From: Candidatus Hadarchaeales archaeon
GTDB taxonomy: Archaea > Hadarchaeota > Hadarchaeia > Hadarchaeales > Hadarchaeaceae
Direction: 5' to 3'
Assembly: GCA_038872135.1 (NCBI GenBank)
Contig: JAVZGN010000002.1
Coordinates: 41,368-105,367, forward strand
Length of the DNA: 64,000 nt
In this document: positions 19,032 through 31,007 of the stretch, one piece after another
Layout of the letters: each line of letters begins with the position of its first letter
Position numbering within the stretch: position 1 is the stretch's first letter
Translations under genes and position numbers: made by a program
The notes under the pieces: model-generated
Database searches by the model: none
What the model saw: the letters and a program-made list of their open reading frames with translations, nothing else
Told to the model about the DNA's origin: nothing

Positions 19032-19107
19032 ACAGTTCCAATTTTAAGACGAGTTCCATTTTTGGAAAAGCTTAAAAGCTGGACAAATCACGTGAAAGGG
19101 GAGAGCT

Positions 19108-19745
19108 GTGAAAACTGAAAGATTGCTCTTGGCTCTAGCAAAGCTTGGAGGATGCAGGAGAGAGGTAAAGGTTTCGCTGAGCCTGCTAGCAAAGGAGCTT
19201 GGAACATCAAAGCAGACGGTGGGGAGAGAGCTGGAAAAACTCCAAAAAGATGGGCTGATTGCAAGAAGTTATTCCCCTGACGGACAGAAGATAAAGGTAA
19301 CGGAAACTGGGACTGCGAAGCTGAAAAATCTCTACCGCCAGCTCCAGGAAATTTTTGAAAAGCAGGCCCCCCTGAAATTTGTGGGGGAAGTTGTCAGCGG
19401 GCTTGGAGAGGGCGCCTACTACATGCGGCAGCCGGGCTACACTAGGCAGATAGAAGAGGCACTGGGTTTTGTCCCCTATCCAGGAACCCTCGACATCAGG
19501 CTCGGTGAGGAGGCGGTGAGGGAGATAAAGGAACTTCCAAGCATCGAGATCTCCGGCTTCACAACCAGAGAGAGGTCTTTTGGAGGGGTGAAGCTGTACC
19601 CGGCGAAAATAGGGGGGATTAAAGGGGCAATCGTCTATCCCCTCAGAAGCCACCACCGAGACATCGCCGAATTCATAGCCCCGAAAAACCTTAGACGAAG
19701 CCTCAAGCTGAAGGACGGCGACACCGTGGAGGTTGAGGTGATGGG

Positions 19746-19749
<4 letters not shown>
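19108..19749 (+). CDS. ribK: CTP-dependent riboflavin kinase, archaeal (MJ0056 family) with N-terminal wHTH
   Basis: 213 aa. N-terminal HTH (LAKELGTSKQTVGRELEKLQKDGLI) plus kinase domain with YPGTLDIRL (the PGTLN motif). Confidence 0.85.
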
Positions 19750-20890
<1,141 letters not shown>

Positions 20891-20894
20891 GAAA

Positions 20895-21308
20895 TTGGTG
20901 AAGTTGGGAATAGTCGTCAGTGAGTTCAACGCAGAGGTAACGCTGCCAATGCTGGAGTTTGCAAAGAACCATGCAGAATTCCTCGGCGCCCAGATCTCAA
21001 CGACCATGATGGTTCCAGGGGTCTTTGAGATTCCGCTGGCCGTGAAGAAGATCGCCCAGCGCCAGGATGTGGATGCCGTGGTGACCCTTGGAGCAGTGAT
21101 CGAGGGGGGAACCGAGCATGACGAAATAGTGATGCAGCATGCGGTCAGAAAACTCCTGGATGTTTCGCTGGAGACCGGGAAGCCTGTTGGTCTAGGGATC
21201 TCTGGGCCGGGGATGACGAGAATCCAGGCGCTCGAGAGGGTCAACGACTATGCACGGAGAGCCGTTGAGGCAGCGGTGAAGATGGCGAGAAAACTGGAGA
21301 AGGTGTAG
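20895..21308 (+). CDS. ribH: 6,7-dimethyl-8-ribityllumazine synthase
   Basis: 137 aa. GIVVSEFNAEVT ... VPGVFEIPLAVKKIA ... VDAVVTLGAVIEGGTEHDEIV. TTG/GTG start preceded by aaggaggtga. Confidence 0.85.
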   Translation: MVKLGIVVSEFNAEVTLPMLEFAKNHAEFLGAQISTTMMVPGVFEIPLAVKKIAQRQDVDAVVTLGAVIEGGTEHDEIVMQHAVRKLLDVSLETGKPVGLGISGPGMTRIQALERVNDYARRAVEAAVKMARKLEKV

Positions 21309-21396
21309 AGCACAGAGGGGGCTGAAATCGGCGGAAGAAGGTAAATAGAGACACCACAGTTATTAATCTCGGCACTAAAGGAAGAAATGTGATCAA

Positions 21397-22044
21397 GTGC
21401 TCCCGGAAGAAATAGGAGTTATCGCAATGGGCTCCCACAAGGAAAGGCATGGCGCGGCTCTCCCCCAGGACATTGATGCAAAACTCGCATCCTATGTTGC
21501 TCAGGAGGCTGCAAGGAAAACGGGGGCAAAATTCCTCGGCGTCATTTACTCTTCCTATGAGCTTCCGGGAATAGACACCGGGGAGCACCATCCGATGGAG
21601 GTGGTGCTGGAGGAGTTGAGCAGTGCCCTCTGGGATGCCAAGCAGATTTTGGGGATAAAAGCGGCGGTGATAGTCAACGGTCATGGAGGGAACAACCCAA
21701 TCAAGGAAAAGCTTCCGGCCATTGAAAAGAAGCTGGGGATAAAGCTTGTCTTCAACAGCACCCTTGTGGAGCTGGAAGGCCCCCACGCAGCTACAGGAGA
21801 ATTGAGCATGGGGCTCGCCATCGGCGTGACCAACACCTCAAAATTACCCGAACACACAAACTTCTCCCTATACCCTGAAGTTGGTTTTGTTGGGCTGGAG
21901 GAAGCAAAAAGGAAATATCGCTGGGCAGAAGAGCAGGCGAGAGAAGTTCAAAAATTTGGAATAAAGGTAAGCCACTTTGTCGGAGAGAAGCTCCTCCAAT
22001 GCGCGGTGGCCGATGTCATCAACGATATAAAGGAAATCTCGTAA
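21397..22044 (+). CDS. arfB: creatininase-family hydrolase, probably ArfB (2-amino-5-formylamino-6-ribosylaminopyrimidin-4(3H)-one 5'-phosphate deformylase)
   Basis: Creatininase-fold metal motif MGSHKERHGAALPQDID ... NGHGGN. Last gene of the riboflavin operon, matching the archaeal pathway. Confidence 0.6.
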   Translation: MLPEEIGVIAMGSHKERHGAALPQDIDAKLASYVAQEAARKTGAKFLGVIYSSYELPGIDTGEHHPMEVVLEELSSALWDAKQILGIKAAVIVNGHGGNNPIKEKLPAIEKKLGIKLVFNSTLVELEGPHAATGELSMGLAIGVTNTSKLPEHTNFSLYPEVGFVGLEEAKRKYRWAEEQAREVQKFGIKVSHFVGEKLLQCAVADVINDIKEIS

Positions 22045-22058
22045 GCAATTCTTTGGCG

Positions 22059-22361
22059 TCACTTCCGCACGACGACGACAAAAGCCGCTGGAACTTCTTT
22101 CTTTGGCGTTGCTGCAACCACTAGGAAAGAATATGTCGCTGGTCTCACTCCATCTGAAACTGAAACTTCCATCACAGATGTCAGGGGGGGCTTTCCTGCC
22201 GGTGGCATAAACTCAACTTTAATCCCTTCTGGAAGCCCCTCTCCTTCAGCAGAATTTGCCGACAGAGAGATATCGTCGCCCTCTCCTTTCACCTTCACCA
22301 TCACCCTAACCTTATCTCCAGGCGCCATCACTGAAAAAGCCGGCTGAAGTTCAACGGCCAT
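22059..22361 (-). CDS. hypothetical protein
   Basis: 100-aa ORF, beta-rich (VRVMVKVKGEGDDISLSANSAEGEG ... ATYSFLVVAATPKKEVPAAFVVVVRK). No motif recognised. Confidence 0.3.
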   Translation of the reverse strand: MAVELQPAFSVMAPGDKVRVMVKVKGEGDDISLSANSAEGEGLPEGIKVEFMPPAGKPPLTSVMEVSVSDGVRPATYSFLVVAATPKKEVPAAFVVVVRK

Positions 22362-22398
22362 TGGTTCAACTTTTTTTCTCCCAAAAAGAGGCAGTCAT

Positions 22399-23322
22399 TC
22401 ACCCCACAAAATCTAGCCAGGCAAAATACTTCCGCACATTTCCTCTCACGGCTTCAAAGAAGATCCGCTGGAGTTTTGTAGTTATCGGCCCACGCCGACC
22501 GTCGCCTATTTTCCTCCCATCAACCTCTCTGATGGGCGTCACCTCCGCTGCTGTTCCTGTGAAAAATGCCTCATCGGCTGAGTAGAGATCTTTTGGAGAG
22601 ATTTTTTTCTCCCTAAACGGAATTCTTTCATCCTTTGCTATTCTGATTATTGAGTCTCTCGTTATTCCAGAAAGCGCTCCAGAAGATATGGGAGGAGTCA
22701 TCAGCACCCCATTTTTGACAATAAAAACATTCTCTCCCGGTCCCTCAGCAATGTCCCCATCAATGTTGAGCAGGATTGCCTCCTCATAGCCTGATCTCAG
22801 GGCATCAACCTTCGCCAGGATCGAATTTGCATAGTTGGCAACCAGCTTTGCATGAGGTGGAAGGATGCTGGGGTGAATCCTTCTCCAAGGGGAGATTTTG
22901 ACCCTCACCCCCTTCTCCAGTCCCTCCTCCCCGAGATATGTTCCCCAGGGCCAAACAGCAATCGCTACATCCACCGGGGCCCCGGCAGGATTGAGCCCCA
23001 TAACTCCATATCCATAAAAAGCAATCGGGCGGATGTAGCATTCCTCAATCCTGTTCTTTTTTATCGTCTCCTTCACCGCCTTGATCAAAACTTCTCTGGA
23101 GTATGGGAGCTTCATTCCCACAAGCTTCGCGGAGTTCTCGAGCCTGGCTATGTGGTCTTTAAGCCTGAAAACTGCCGGGCCCTCTTTTGTTTTATAGCAT
23201 CTTATTCCCTCAAAAACCCCAAGCCCGTAGTGGAGAGTGTGGGTGAGAACGTGAATTTTAGCTTTTTCCCACCTAACAAACTTTCCATTCATCCAGATGT
23301 ATTTTGTGGGAGTTAACCCCAT
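22399..23322 (-). CDS. ilvE: branched-chain amino acid aminotransferase
   Basis: 307 aa, PLP fold type [35 protein letters not shown] motifs. Confidence 0.9.
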   Translation of the reverse strand: MGLTPTKYIWMNGKFVRWEKAKIHVLTHTLHYGLGVFEGIRCYKTKEGPAVFRLKDHIARLENSAKLVGMKLPYSREVLIKAVKETIKKNRIEECYIRPIAFYGYGVMGLNPAGAPVDVAIAVWPWGTYLGEEGLEKGVRVKISPWRRIHPSILPPHAKLVANYANSILAKVDALRSGYEEAILLNIDGDIAEGPGENVFIVKNGVLMTPPISSGALSGITRDSIIRIAKDERIPFREKKISPKDLYSADEAFFTGTAAEVTPIREVDGRKIGDGRRGPITTKLQRIFFEAVRGNVRKYFAWLDFVG

Positions 23323-23351
23323 CCTCTCAGAAGAGGATTTTTCCGGAAAAT

Positions 23352-24437
23352 TTAAAGATTCCCCTTCCTTCCTTTCAAGACCTCCCCGAGAGCCCCGAGC
23401 ATCCCTTCGATATCCTCAAAGAGAATGTATCCCATGTTTCCGATTCTGAAGGTCTTCTCCTTTAAAGTCCCGTAGCCCTTAGCCAGCTCAAATCCTCGCT
23501 TTCTCATCTCCTGATAGACCTCCAGACCGCTCATGCCCTCAGGGGCGTTAACGCAGGTAACAGTCGGGCTCTCATAGCCTTCCCTCGGGAAGAGCCTTAA
23601 CCCAAGCTCCTCAATCCCCCTTCTTATCCTCTCCGCCCTTCTCCGGTAGAGGTCCAGCCTCTTCTGCTTGCCCCCCTCTTCTTCGATTATCTCCAGCTCC
23701 TTCTTCAGGGCAGCTATCTGGGGAATTGGAGGGGTCATGTGGGTGCTCCACTCTTTCTGCTGGTATTTCTCATAAAGCTTGAAATCGAAATACCATCCCT
23801 TGTCCTTCATCATCTCTGATTTTTCGAGTGCAGCCTGGCTAATGCTCGCCATCGCCAGCCCCGGGGGGATCCCAAAACACTTCTGGGAGCTTGAAAAGCA
23901 AACATCTATCCCCCACTCATCAACCTTTATCTCGACTCCCCCCATAGCGCTGACGGCATCAACAAAAAGGAGTTTTCCATGCTCTTTCACTATTTTCGCC
24001 AGCTCCTCGAGTGGATTGAGGAGCCCAACGCTGGTTTCATTGTAGGTGATTGAAACTGCCTCAACATCTGGATTTGCCCTCAATGCATCTTCCAACAGCT
24101 CAGGTGTAACCGGGTCGCCGAGGGAGGTCTCCAGCGCTACAACTTCTTTTCCATTGGCTCGCCCGACCTCAGCATACCTCTTCCCAAACTCTCCCGAGAT
24201 GCAGCAGAGAAATTTTCTCTCAACGCAGTTTCTCACAGTTCCTTCCATTACCCCTGAGCCTGAGCTGGGAAAGAGAAACACCTGATTTTTTGTCTCGAGG
24301 AATTTCTGGAGGAGCTCAACGGTTTTTCTGTGGATTTCCTGATATTCAACGCTGCGGTGGCTGAACATCTGCCTCCTCATTTCCTCCAGGACCTCGGGCC
24401 TGCATGCCACCGGGCCAACTGTAAACAGCTTCATCAA
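23352..24437 (-). CDS. class V aminotransferase (serine/alanine-glyoxylate type)
   Basis: 361 aa. PLP-lysine context [14 protein letters not shown] and class V fold pattern. Confidence 0.85.
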   Translation of the reverse strand: MMKLFTVGPVACRPEVLEEMRRQMFSHRSVEYQEIHRKTVELLQKFLETKNQVFLFPSSGSGVMEGTVRNCVERKFLCCISGEFGKRYAEVGRANGKEVVALETSLGDPVTPELLEDALRANPDVEAVSITYNETSVGLLNPLEELAKIVKEHGKLLFVDAVSAMGGVEIKVDEWGIDVCFSSSQKCFGIPPGLAMASISQAALEKSEMMKDKGWYFDFKLYEKYQQKEWSTHMTPPIPQIAALKKELEIIEEEGGKQKRLDLYRRRAERIRRGIEELGLRLFPREGYESPTVTCVNAPEGMSGLEVYQEMRKRGFELAKGYGTLKEKTFRIGNMGYILFEDIEGMLGALGEVLKGRKGNL

Positions 24438-24533
24438 ACAACCTCTTTTTAAAGCATTTAAAAAGGTGCCCGGAGCAGCCTATTCCCCCTCACAACATCC
24501 TTTTATGGCTGCCGCCCAAGTTTAAGTGATAGT

Positions 24534-25652
24534 ATGGTGAAAACGACGATTTCGATAATAAAGTGTGACGTGGGGTCTTTGGCAGGCCACCACACAGTCC
24601 CAGAACCTCTCCTGAGAATTGCCGAGAAAAACCTCCAGAGGGCAGAGAAAGAGGGGCTCATCAACAGCCACTTCGTCTTTCACGCCGGGGATGATCTTGA
24701 ACTCCTGATGGTCCACCAGAGAGGCGAGAACAACCCAGAAATACACAAGCTGGCCTGGGATACTTTCCAGGAGGCTGCGAAGAAGTCTGTGGAGCTGAAG
24801 CTCTACGCCGCAGGACAGGACATCCTGAAGACGGCGTTCAGCGGCAATGTCAAGGGGATGGGCCCGGGGGTTGCGGAAATGGAGATCGAGGAACGTGGCT
24901 CAGACCCGATAATAGTTTTTGCCGCAGACAAGACGGAGCCGGGAGCCTTTAACTACCCCCTCTTCCGCATTTTCGCAGATCCATTCAACACCGCAGGACT
25001 GGTGATTGACCCAGCCATGACAGGTGGGTTTAAATTTGAGGTCTTGAACGTCTTTGAAAACAAAAAAGTTGTGCTAAAGTGCCCAGAGGAAATGTATGAC
25101 CTTATTGCCCTAATAGGGACGCCGGGGGAGTATGTTATCTCCCATGTATGGCGGGCAAGCGACAACCAAATAGCTGCAGCAACCAGTACAACACGGCTCT
25201 CTTTGATAGCGGGGAAATATGTTGGGAAGGATGATCCTGTATCGATAGTCAGATGCCAGCATGGATTGCCCGCTGTCGGTGAAGCCCTTGCGCCCTTCAT
25301 GCACAGCTACTTCGTTGAGGGGTGGATGAGGGGAAGCCACTGGGGACCGCTGATGCCTGTTGGCCTCAAGGATGCGAGATGCTGCGCTTTTGATGGGCCA
25401 CCGCGGATAGTCGCCCTCGGATTTCAGGTGTGCAATGGAAGGATAGCCGCAGATGACGATGGAAAACCAATGATCAGCGATCTGTTTGATGACCCATCCT
25501 TCGATCTCGCCAGGCGCGAGGCAACAGAGCTGATGGCGGTGATAAGAAGGATGGGAGAGTTCGAGCCAGCGAGGCTTGGAAAGGAGTCAATGGAATATAC
25601 CACGCTACCAAAGGTCCTAGAAAAATTGAAAAACAGGTTTGAGCCTGCTTAA
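24534..25652 (+). CDS. fbp: fructose-1,6-bisphosphate aldolase/phosphatase (class V FBPase)
   Basis: 372 aa. N-terminal TTISIIKCDVGSLAGHH signature of the bifunctional archaeal FBP aldolase/phosphatase. Confidence 0.9.
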   Translation: MVKTTISIIKCDVGSLAGHHTVPEPLLRIAEKNLQRAEKEGLINSHFVFHAGDDLELLMVHQRGENNPEIHKLAWDTFQEAAKKSVELKLYAAGQDILKTAFSGNVKGMGPGVAEMEIEERGSDPIIVFAADKTEPGAFNYPLFRIFADPFNTAGLVIDPAMTGGFKFEVLNVFENKKVVLKCPEEMYDLIALIGTPGEYVISHVWRASDNQIAAATSTTRLSLIAGKYVGKDDPVSIVRCQHGLPAVGEALAPFMHSYFVEGWMRGSHWGPLMPVGLKDARCCAFDGPPRIVALGFQVCNGRIAADDDGKPMISDLFDDPSFDLARREATELMAVIRRMGEFEPARLGKESMEYTTLPKVLEKLKNRFEPA

Positions 25653-25674
25653 AGGCCTGCCTTCTTTCTCTTTT

Positions 25675-26238
25675 TTACAGATATTTCTTGGCTAGCTTTT
25701 CCCAGTCGATTTTCAACATTGCAGCAATGACGATAAGGAGCAGGACCCCGGTAATGGCCGCTGCCTCCCAGCTCTCGGCTATTCCCGCCCCGATGAACCC
25801 TCCAAAGTGAGCGATTATCAAGGCCATGCAGAGCTTTCCCGCAACCGCCGCCGCAAAGATTTTCAGAAGAGGACACCGGGAGAGACCCAGGGGAATGAAG
25901 AGAAGATCGTCGGGGAGGGGTGTTAAAGCAAAGATGAAAACTGCCGGCGCCCCGTATCTCTCAAAAATTTTTGCAGAGGCCTCCATTTTCCCTGCATACT
26001 TTTTGCCCACAAATCGTCTCCCCGCATATCCCACCATATAGCCGGTTAGTTCTCCGACAGCCGCGCCTATACCGAATGCCACCGCGAGGAGGGTTGGATC
26101 GAAGACTTGCAAGGTGGCCATCGTCAAAAGTGCCACGGTGGTTGGAACCGGCACTATTATCGTCGCGGAACCTAGAAGACCTAGAAAAAATGCCCCGGGA
26201 TATCCAAGGGCAATGAATGCCTCTGTCCACCCACCCAT
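25675..26238 (-). CDS. DedA / SNARE-associated (VTT-domain) membrane protein
   Basis: 187 aa, 4-5 TM helices. DedA-like GYMVGYAGRRFVGKKY ... ERYGAPAVFIFALTPLPDDLL. Confidence 0.7.
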   Translation of the reverse strand: MGGWTEAFIALGYPGAFFLGLLGSATIIVPVPTTVALLTMATLQVFDPTLLAVAFGIGAAVGELTGYMVGYAGRRFVGKKYAGKMEASAKIFERYGAPAVFIFALTPLPDDLLFIPLGLSRCPLLKIFAAAVAGKLCMALIIAHFGGFIGAGIAESWEAAAITGVLLLIVIAAMLKIDWEKLAKKYL

Positions 26239-26243
26239 AAAAA

Positions 26244-27158
26244 TCAGGCCTTCGCTCGCACCAGCTCTTTCACCTGCAGCCTTATTCCCTCTTCAATGGA
26301 GATCGTGGGCTCAAAACCTAGGAGTCTTTTTGCTTTTGAAATATCGGCGCAGGTGTGATAAACATAGTTCTTCACCGGGTTTTCAACATACTTTAGTTTC
26401 GGTTCTTTCCCCAGTTCCCTGCTGATGAGCTCCACCACCCGATTGAAGGTAGTTGCTATCCCAGTTCCGACATTCACGACCTCACAGCAAGGGGGGAGTT
26501 CTGCCGCCCGGATGCAAGCATTTACAACATCTTTCACGTGGATGAAATCTCTGGTCTGGGTGCCATCTCCATATATCTCCAGTGGCTCGCCCTTGCTAAT
26601 AGCCCAGATGAATTGAGTAATCATATTTGCATATTTTCCCTTGGCTTCCTCGTGGGGACCGTAGACCGAGAAAAATCTCAGTCCAACAGATGGGGCCCCG
26701 CTCAGCTGATGGTAGACCTGAGCCAGCCGCTCCATCGCCAATCTCGCCTCAGTATAAAAATCAAATGGCACAAGTGGTAGATCCTCGTGATGGGGAGGGG
26801 GAGACATTCCATAGAGGCTAGAAGTGGAGGCATAAACAACATTTGCCCCGTTAATCTTCGCCAACTCAAAAACCCTCATGAAATCAGCTATGGCCTCGCC
26901 AACAAGGATTGGGTTTCTCCTGTACATCGGGGAGCTGGAGGGAATTCCGAGATGAAAAATCTTGCTAACTTTGAGCCCCAGCTCCAGGAGTTTTGAGCAG
27001 GGGGCTTCTATCAGCTTAATTTTCTCGATCACTCCTCTGAGGTTTTCTCTTGATCCAGTGTGATAGTTGTCCACCACAACGACATTCTCTCCCCGGCGGA
27101 CGAGCTCCTCCACCAGATTTGAGCCGATGAAGCCTGCACCACCAGTTACCAGAATCAT
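26244..27158 (-). CDS. NAD-dependent epimerase/dehydratase (UDP-sugar 4-epimerase / decarboxylase family)
   Basis: Trimmed to ATG 27158 (MILVTGGAGFIGSNLV). SDR-extended motifs including YASTSSLYG. Confidence 0.85.
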   Translation of the reverse strand: MILVTGGAGFIGSNLVEELVRRGENVVVVDNYHTGSRENLRGVIEKIKLIEAPCSKLLELGLKVSKIFHLGIPSSSPMYRRNPILVGEAIADFMRVFELAKINGANVVYASTSSLYGMSPPPHHEDLPLVPFDFYTEARLAMERLAQVYHQLSGAPSVGLRFFSVYGPHEEAKGKYANMITQFIWAISKGEPLEIYGDGTQTRDFIHVKDVVNACIRAAELPPCCEVVNVGTGIATTFNRVVELISRELGKEPKLKYVENPVKNYVYHTCADISKAKRLLGFEPTISIEEGIRLQVKELVRAKA

Positions 27159-27298
27159 TTGCTGCCTCCAATCGCTTTTATCAAATGAGTTTATTATTCT
27201 ATTGGAGGTTATGCCCGAAGCGGTTTTAGTCAAGCAAGATAGCGGAAAGATTCCCATTAAACCTAAGAGAGGTGTTCAATCATCCGTGAGGGAAGTAG

Positions 27299-28390
27299 AT
27301 GAGGATAGGATTTTTCACTGACACCTTTCTCCCCCAAACAAACGGTGTTGTCACCTCAATCCTGAGTTCTGGGACAGCACTAACGGAACGTGGTCATGAG
27401 GTGCACGTTTTCTGTCCAAAAACTAAATTGAAAGAGTATCGTGGCATTCACATTCACTCATATCCTGCTGTTCCCTTCAGGCCATACCCAGAGTTCAAGA
27501 TAGCAGTTCCACAGGGGAGGGAGAAGGTCCCGCCGCTGGATATCGTGCACACCCACTCTCCTTTCACGATGGGTTTTTTTGGCTGGAGAGTATCCAGATT
27601 TCAGAAAATTCCCAGAGTCTCCACTTTCCACACGCTCCTTTCAGAATATGTGAAGTATGTGAAGCTGGGTGGTCCATTTGCAAAATTTCTCACTTGGAAA
27701 CTTTGCACTTTCTTTTACAATGGGCACAGAAAGGTGGTCGCACCCAGTCGCTCCCTCAAAAAGCTTCTGAAGGAAAAAGGGGTGAAAAAACCAATTGAAG
27801 TGATTCCAAATGGCATAGACCTGCGTCTATACCATCCGATAGATAAGAAACTCGCAAGAAAAAAACTTGGGCTCCAAAATGGAAGAATTTTCCTCAGTCT
27901 CGGAAGACTGAGCTATGAGAAGAATCTAGATGTGATCATCAGGGCAATGGAAAAGGCGGATGGAACACTTCTCATTGCTGGGAGGGGCCCGGCTAAACCC
28001 AAGCTCCAGAAGCTTGTGAAAAAGATTGGATTGGAGAAAAAGGTTCGATTTGTAGGATATATCCCAAATGCATATAAAAAATATTATTTCTCCGCGGCGG
28101 ATGGATTCCTCATAGCTTCAACAAGCGAGACCCAAGCAATAGTAGTCGCAGAAGCCATGGCTTGTGGCTGCCCAGTAATCGGAGCAAAATCTCTTGCTAT
28201 TCCAGAATTTGTCGTAAATGGAAAAAATGGATATCTCTTTGAGCCCAATAACATCGATGAGCTCTCAGAGATTATTGCAGAATTTGAGCCCTCGGAAAAA
28301 ATGTCTCGAGCAGCAATAGAAACCGCAAAGAAATTCCGGCTGGAAAACTGCGTCATTCGGCTCGAAAAATTTTACGCCTCGGTTCTGTGA
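27299..28390 (+). CDS. glycosyltransferase family 4
   Basis: 363 aa. GT-B/GT4 pattern (MRIGFFTDTFLPQTNGVV ... C-terminal EAMACGCPVI...). Confidence 0.8.
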   Translation: MRIGFFTDTFLPQTNGVVTSILSSGTALTERGHEVHVFCPKTKLKEYRGIHIHSYPAVPFRPYPEFKIAVPQGREKVPPLDIVHTHSPFTMGFFGWRVSRFQKIPRVSTFHTLLSEYVKYVKLGGPFAKFLTWKLCTFFYNGHRKVVAPSRSLKKLLKEKGVKKPIEVIPNGIDLRLYHPIDKKLARKKLGLQNGRIFLSLGRLSYEKNLDVIIRAMEKADGTLLIAGRGPAKPKLQKLVKKIGLEKKVRFVGYIPNAYKKYYFSAADGFLIASTSETQAIVVAEAMACGCPVIGAKSLAIPEFVVNGKNGYLFEPNNIDELSEIIAEFEPSEKMSRAAIETAKKFRLENCVIRLEKFYASVL

Positions 28391-29095
28391 TCAGTGAAAC
28401 AGTCGATATTCCTTCTGCTTTTTCCCGAGCAGGAATTGGACTGTTGTCCTGCTCCAATCGTCGATCAGTCCCCCCAGCCCAAGCGCCTCCAGCCTTCTCC
28501 TGGATGTTCTTACGACGATGTGCCGGAAAAACACTACCTTTCCCTTTCTTGAAATTCTTATGCAAAGATCAAAATCTTCCGATGCCGCCATCTCCTCATC
28601 AAAACCTCCAACCTCCATGAACGGCTTTTTCTTGTAGGCAACGCATGTGCCGGCTAGAACTGGTCTCCCATAGAGAAATGACAACATTATGAGAATGTTA
28701 AAAAAGTAAAATACTATCTCAGTTATTACATCTGTTTTCATTGGCATTATCATCCCGCCGGTGCCGACAACTTCCGGTACCCGCATGTATTTCAATGTTT
28801 CATCAACAAACTCCTTCGTGAGTATCGTGTCGGCGTCCAAGAAGAGAAGAATGTCGCCTTTTGCATTTTTTGCCCCTATATTCCTTGCCGTGGCGATCGT
28901 CCCCCGGCTGTAAAAAACTCTCGCATATTTCTTTGCTATCTCAACTGTCCTGTCTTTAGAGCCGCCGTCAACCACGATGATTTCGGCTTCTGGCGCTGCC
29001 TCTCTCGCTTTTACGAGAGTTCGCTCAATCAATTTTTCTTCATTCAATGTCGGGATTACTATCGAGATCTTTGGTTTTTCTGGTATCTGGTACAT
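28391..29095 (-). CDS. glycosyltransferase family 2 (dolichyl-phosphate sugar transferase-like)
   Basis: 234 aa. GT-A fold SIVIPTLNEE ... VVDGGSKD ... FLDADT, C-terminal TM region. Confidence 0.8.
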   Translation of the reverse strand: MYQIPEKPKISIVIPTLNEEKLIERTLVKAREAAPEAEIIVVDGGSKDRTVEIAKKYARVFYSRGTIATARNIGAKNAKGDILLFLDADTILTKEFVDETLKYMRVPEVVGTGGMIMPMKTDVITEIVFYFFNILIMLSFLYGRPVLAGTCVAYKKKPFMEVGGFDEEMAASEDFDLCIRISRKGKVVFFRHIVVRTSRRRLEALGLGGLIDDWSRTTVQFLLGKKQKEYRLFH

Positions 29096-29145
29096 GAATC
29101 AACCCTCACTTCTATACTCTTGAGGCTAAAAAATCACTTCGTCGA

Positions 29146-30303
29146 TTAATGAGAATATTTTTCCAGATATCTCTGATAACTCCTCTCTACCTTACTCGCT
29201 ATAACATCAAAATCAAAAACTCTCTCGGCCCTCCTCCTCGCATTTCTCCCGAGCCTTTTTCTCAGGTTGCTATCAGAAAGAAGTTGATTTGCTGCTTCCG
29301 CTATTTGCTCGGAATTCCTCGGCTCAACGAGAATTCCGCAGTCGGGAGTGACAACTTCTGGAATTCCTCCAGCTCTTGTGGCAATAATTGGATTTTCGCA
29401 TGCCATCGCCTCTATCAGCACTATCCCAAACGGCTCCCACAGGGAGGGGAGGACAAAGAAATCGCTTGCAGAATAATACCGGATAAGCTCTGGTTCCGGG
29501 ACAACTTCTGAAATAAACTTCACCCTTTTCTCAACGCCAACCTTCTCTGCGATGCCTTTGAGCCTCCCTAGTTCAGGCCCCCTCCCGATTATCACTGCCT
29601 TGAAATCCCCTTCGATCTCTTTTACCGCTCTAACCCAGTATTCGACTCCCTTCTGGGGGATGAGCCTGCAAACCGTGGTCGAGATGTGCTCACATCCCAG
29701 CTTCTCTTTGATATCGCTTTTAACCCTCCTGAATTTTTTTGTGTCCACACCATTGAAAATGACCTCGGTTCTTTCCCTGGGGTATTCCTTTGGGAGGGTT
29801 ATATCCAAAGTCCATCTGCTGTTAGCTATGATCCAGTCGCATCTGAGCATTATCTCCCTTCCCGCCAAGTCATCGTAAAGCTGGCCCCAGAAATCGATTT
29901 CCTCACTTATTCCAACTGGTCTCGCGTTGTGAAGGGTGAGAAAAAGAGGCACCCCAATCGATTTTTTCCAGAAGGCCACGGCGGCAAAGTTGAAAAAGAA
30001 TCGATTGTGAAGATGAATTATGTCTGGCCGCTCCCTTTTGCATATCTCAGTCAGATTTTTCCTGAAGGAAAGCGGGACAGACAGCGGCGGAGGAAGGAAT
30101 GCCGGAAGCTTTTTCAAAACCAGAGCCTTTAACCGGTAAATCCTCGTTCCTTCTACATCCTCTATTTCTTTCGTGTTCGGGAGCCGTGAGGTCACAACAC
30201 TCACTGAGTGTTTTTTGGAAAGCCTCTTGCACAGCTCGTAGAGATAGTTCTCTGTTCCCCCCTGGTAGGGGTAGAAGAATGGGTTTATGTGGAGGATTCT
30301 CAT
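29146..30303 (-). CDS. glycosyltransferase family 4
   Basis: 385 aa. MRILHINPFFYPYQGGTE ... EAMACENPIIAT ... GT4 pattern. Confidence 0.8.
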   Translation of the reverse strand: MRILHINPFFYPYQGGTENYLYELCKRLSKKHSVSVVTSRLPNTKEIEDVEGTRIYRLKALVLKKLPAFLPPPLSVPLSFRKNLTEICKRERPDIIHLHNRFFFNFAAVAFWKKSIGVPLFLTLHNARPVGISEEIDFWGQLYDDLAGREIMLRCDWIIANSRWTLDITLPKEYPRERTEVIFNGVDTKKFRRVKSDIKEKLGCEHISTTVCRLIPQKGVEYWVRAVKEIEGDFKAVIIGRGPELGRLKGIAEKVGVEKRVKFISEVVPEPELIRYYSASDFFVLPSLWEPFGIVLIEAMACENPIIATRAGGIPEVVTPDCGILVEPRNSEQIAEAANQLLSDSNLRKRLGRNARRRAERVFDFDVIASKVERSYQRYLEKYSH

Positions 30304-30535
30304 GGGACCAAGATTCTCTCTATCCCCAGATTTTATGGGTTTGGGTAAATGGCAAGTGTAAAATGAAGCTGGCCGAGCGGGGAAGAGGGGCGTGAAAAAA
30401 TCACGTGTGGGCTGGGCTCGGCACAGCTTCGATTTCTCTCACCTACCTCACCTTAAAAATTTTACTGTTCCATTTTTTGAGTCATTAAAAGATGGACATG
30501 ATTTTAACCAAGACGGAGAAAGTATCTCCGATGAG

Positions 30536-31006
30536 ATGGAGATAGAGCTGGGTGGGATAGGGTTCTCGGCGGCTCATTTCGTGATTGGCCACACCAAGTG
30601 TGAGCATCTCCACGGCCACAACTGGAGCATTAAAGTCGTGGTAGATGGTTACGAGGATGAGCGGGGATTAATAGTTGATTTCATAGAGCTGAAAAAAATT
30701 TTAGCAGACATCTGCGCGGGGTTTGACCATCATCTCCTCCTTCCTACCAACAACCCATCTTTAGAAGTAGTGAAGAAGGCGGGGACAACGGAAGTTCACG
30801 TCCACGGCAGAAGATATGAGTTTCCCGATGAAGATATCGTTTGGGTGCCTGCAATCAACATCACCGTTGAAGAGCTGGCAAGGGTGATAGCAGAAAAGCT
30901 GAAGGAAACCCTCAAAAAATATGAAAATGTCTACAGAATCACGGTTGAAGCTGAGGAGGCGAAGGGGGAGAGCGCTAGAGCAACCGTTGAGCTGAGGAGA
31001 ACTTGA
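30536..31006 (+). CDS. 6-pyruvoyl-tetrahydropterin synthase / QueD family
   Basis: Trimmed to ATG 30536 (MEIELGGIGF). Signature CEHLHGHNW (Cys-x-x-His-Gly-His) zinc/catalytic motif. Confidence 0.8.
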   Translation: MEIELGGIGFSAAHFVIGHTKCEHLHGHNWSIKVVVDGYEDERGLIVDFIELKKILADICAGFDHHLLLPTNNPSLEVVKKAGTTEVHVHGRRYEFPDEDIVWVPAINITVEELARVIAEKLKETLKKYENVYRITVEAEEAKGESARATVELRRT

Positions 31007-31007
31007 G

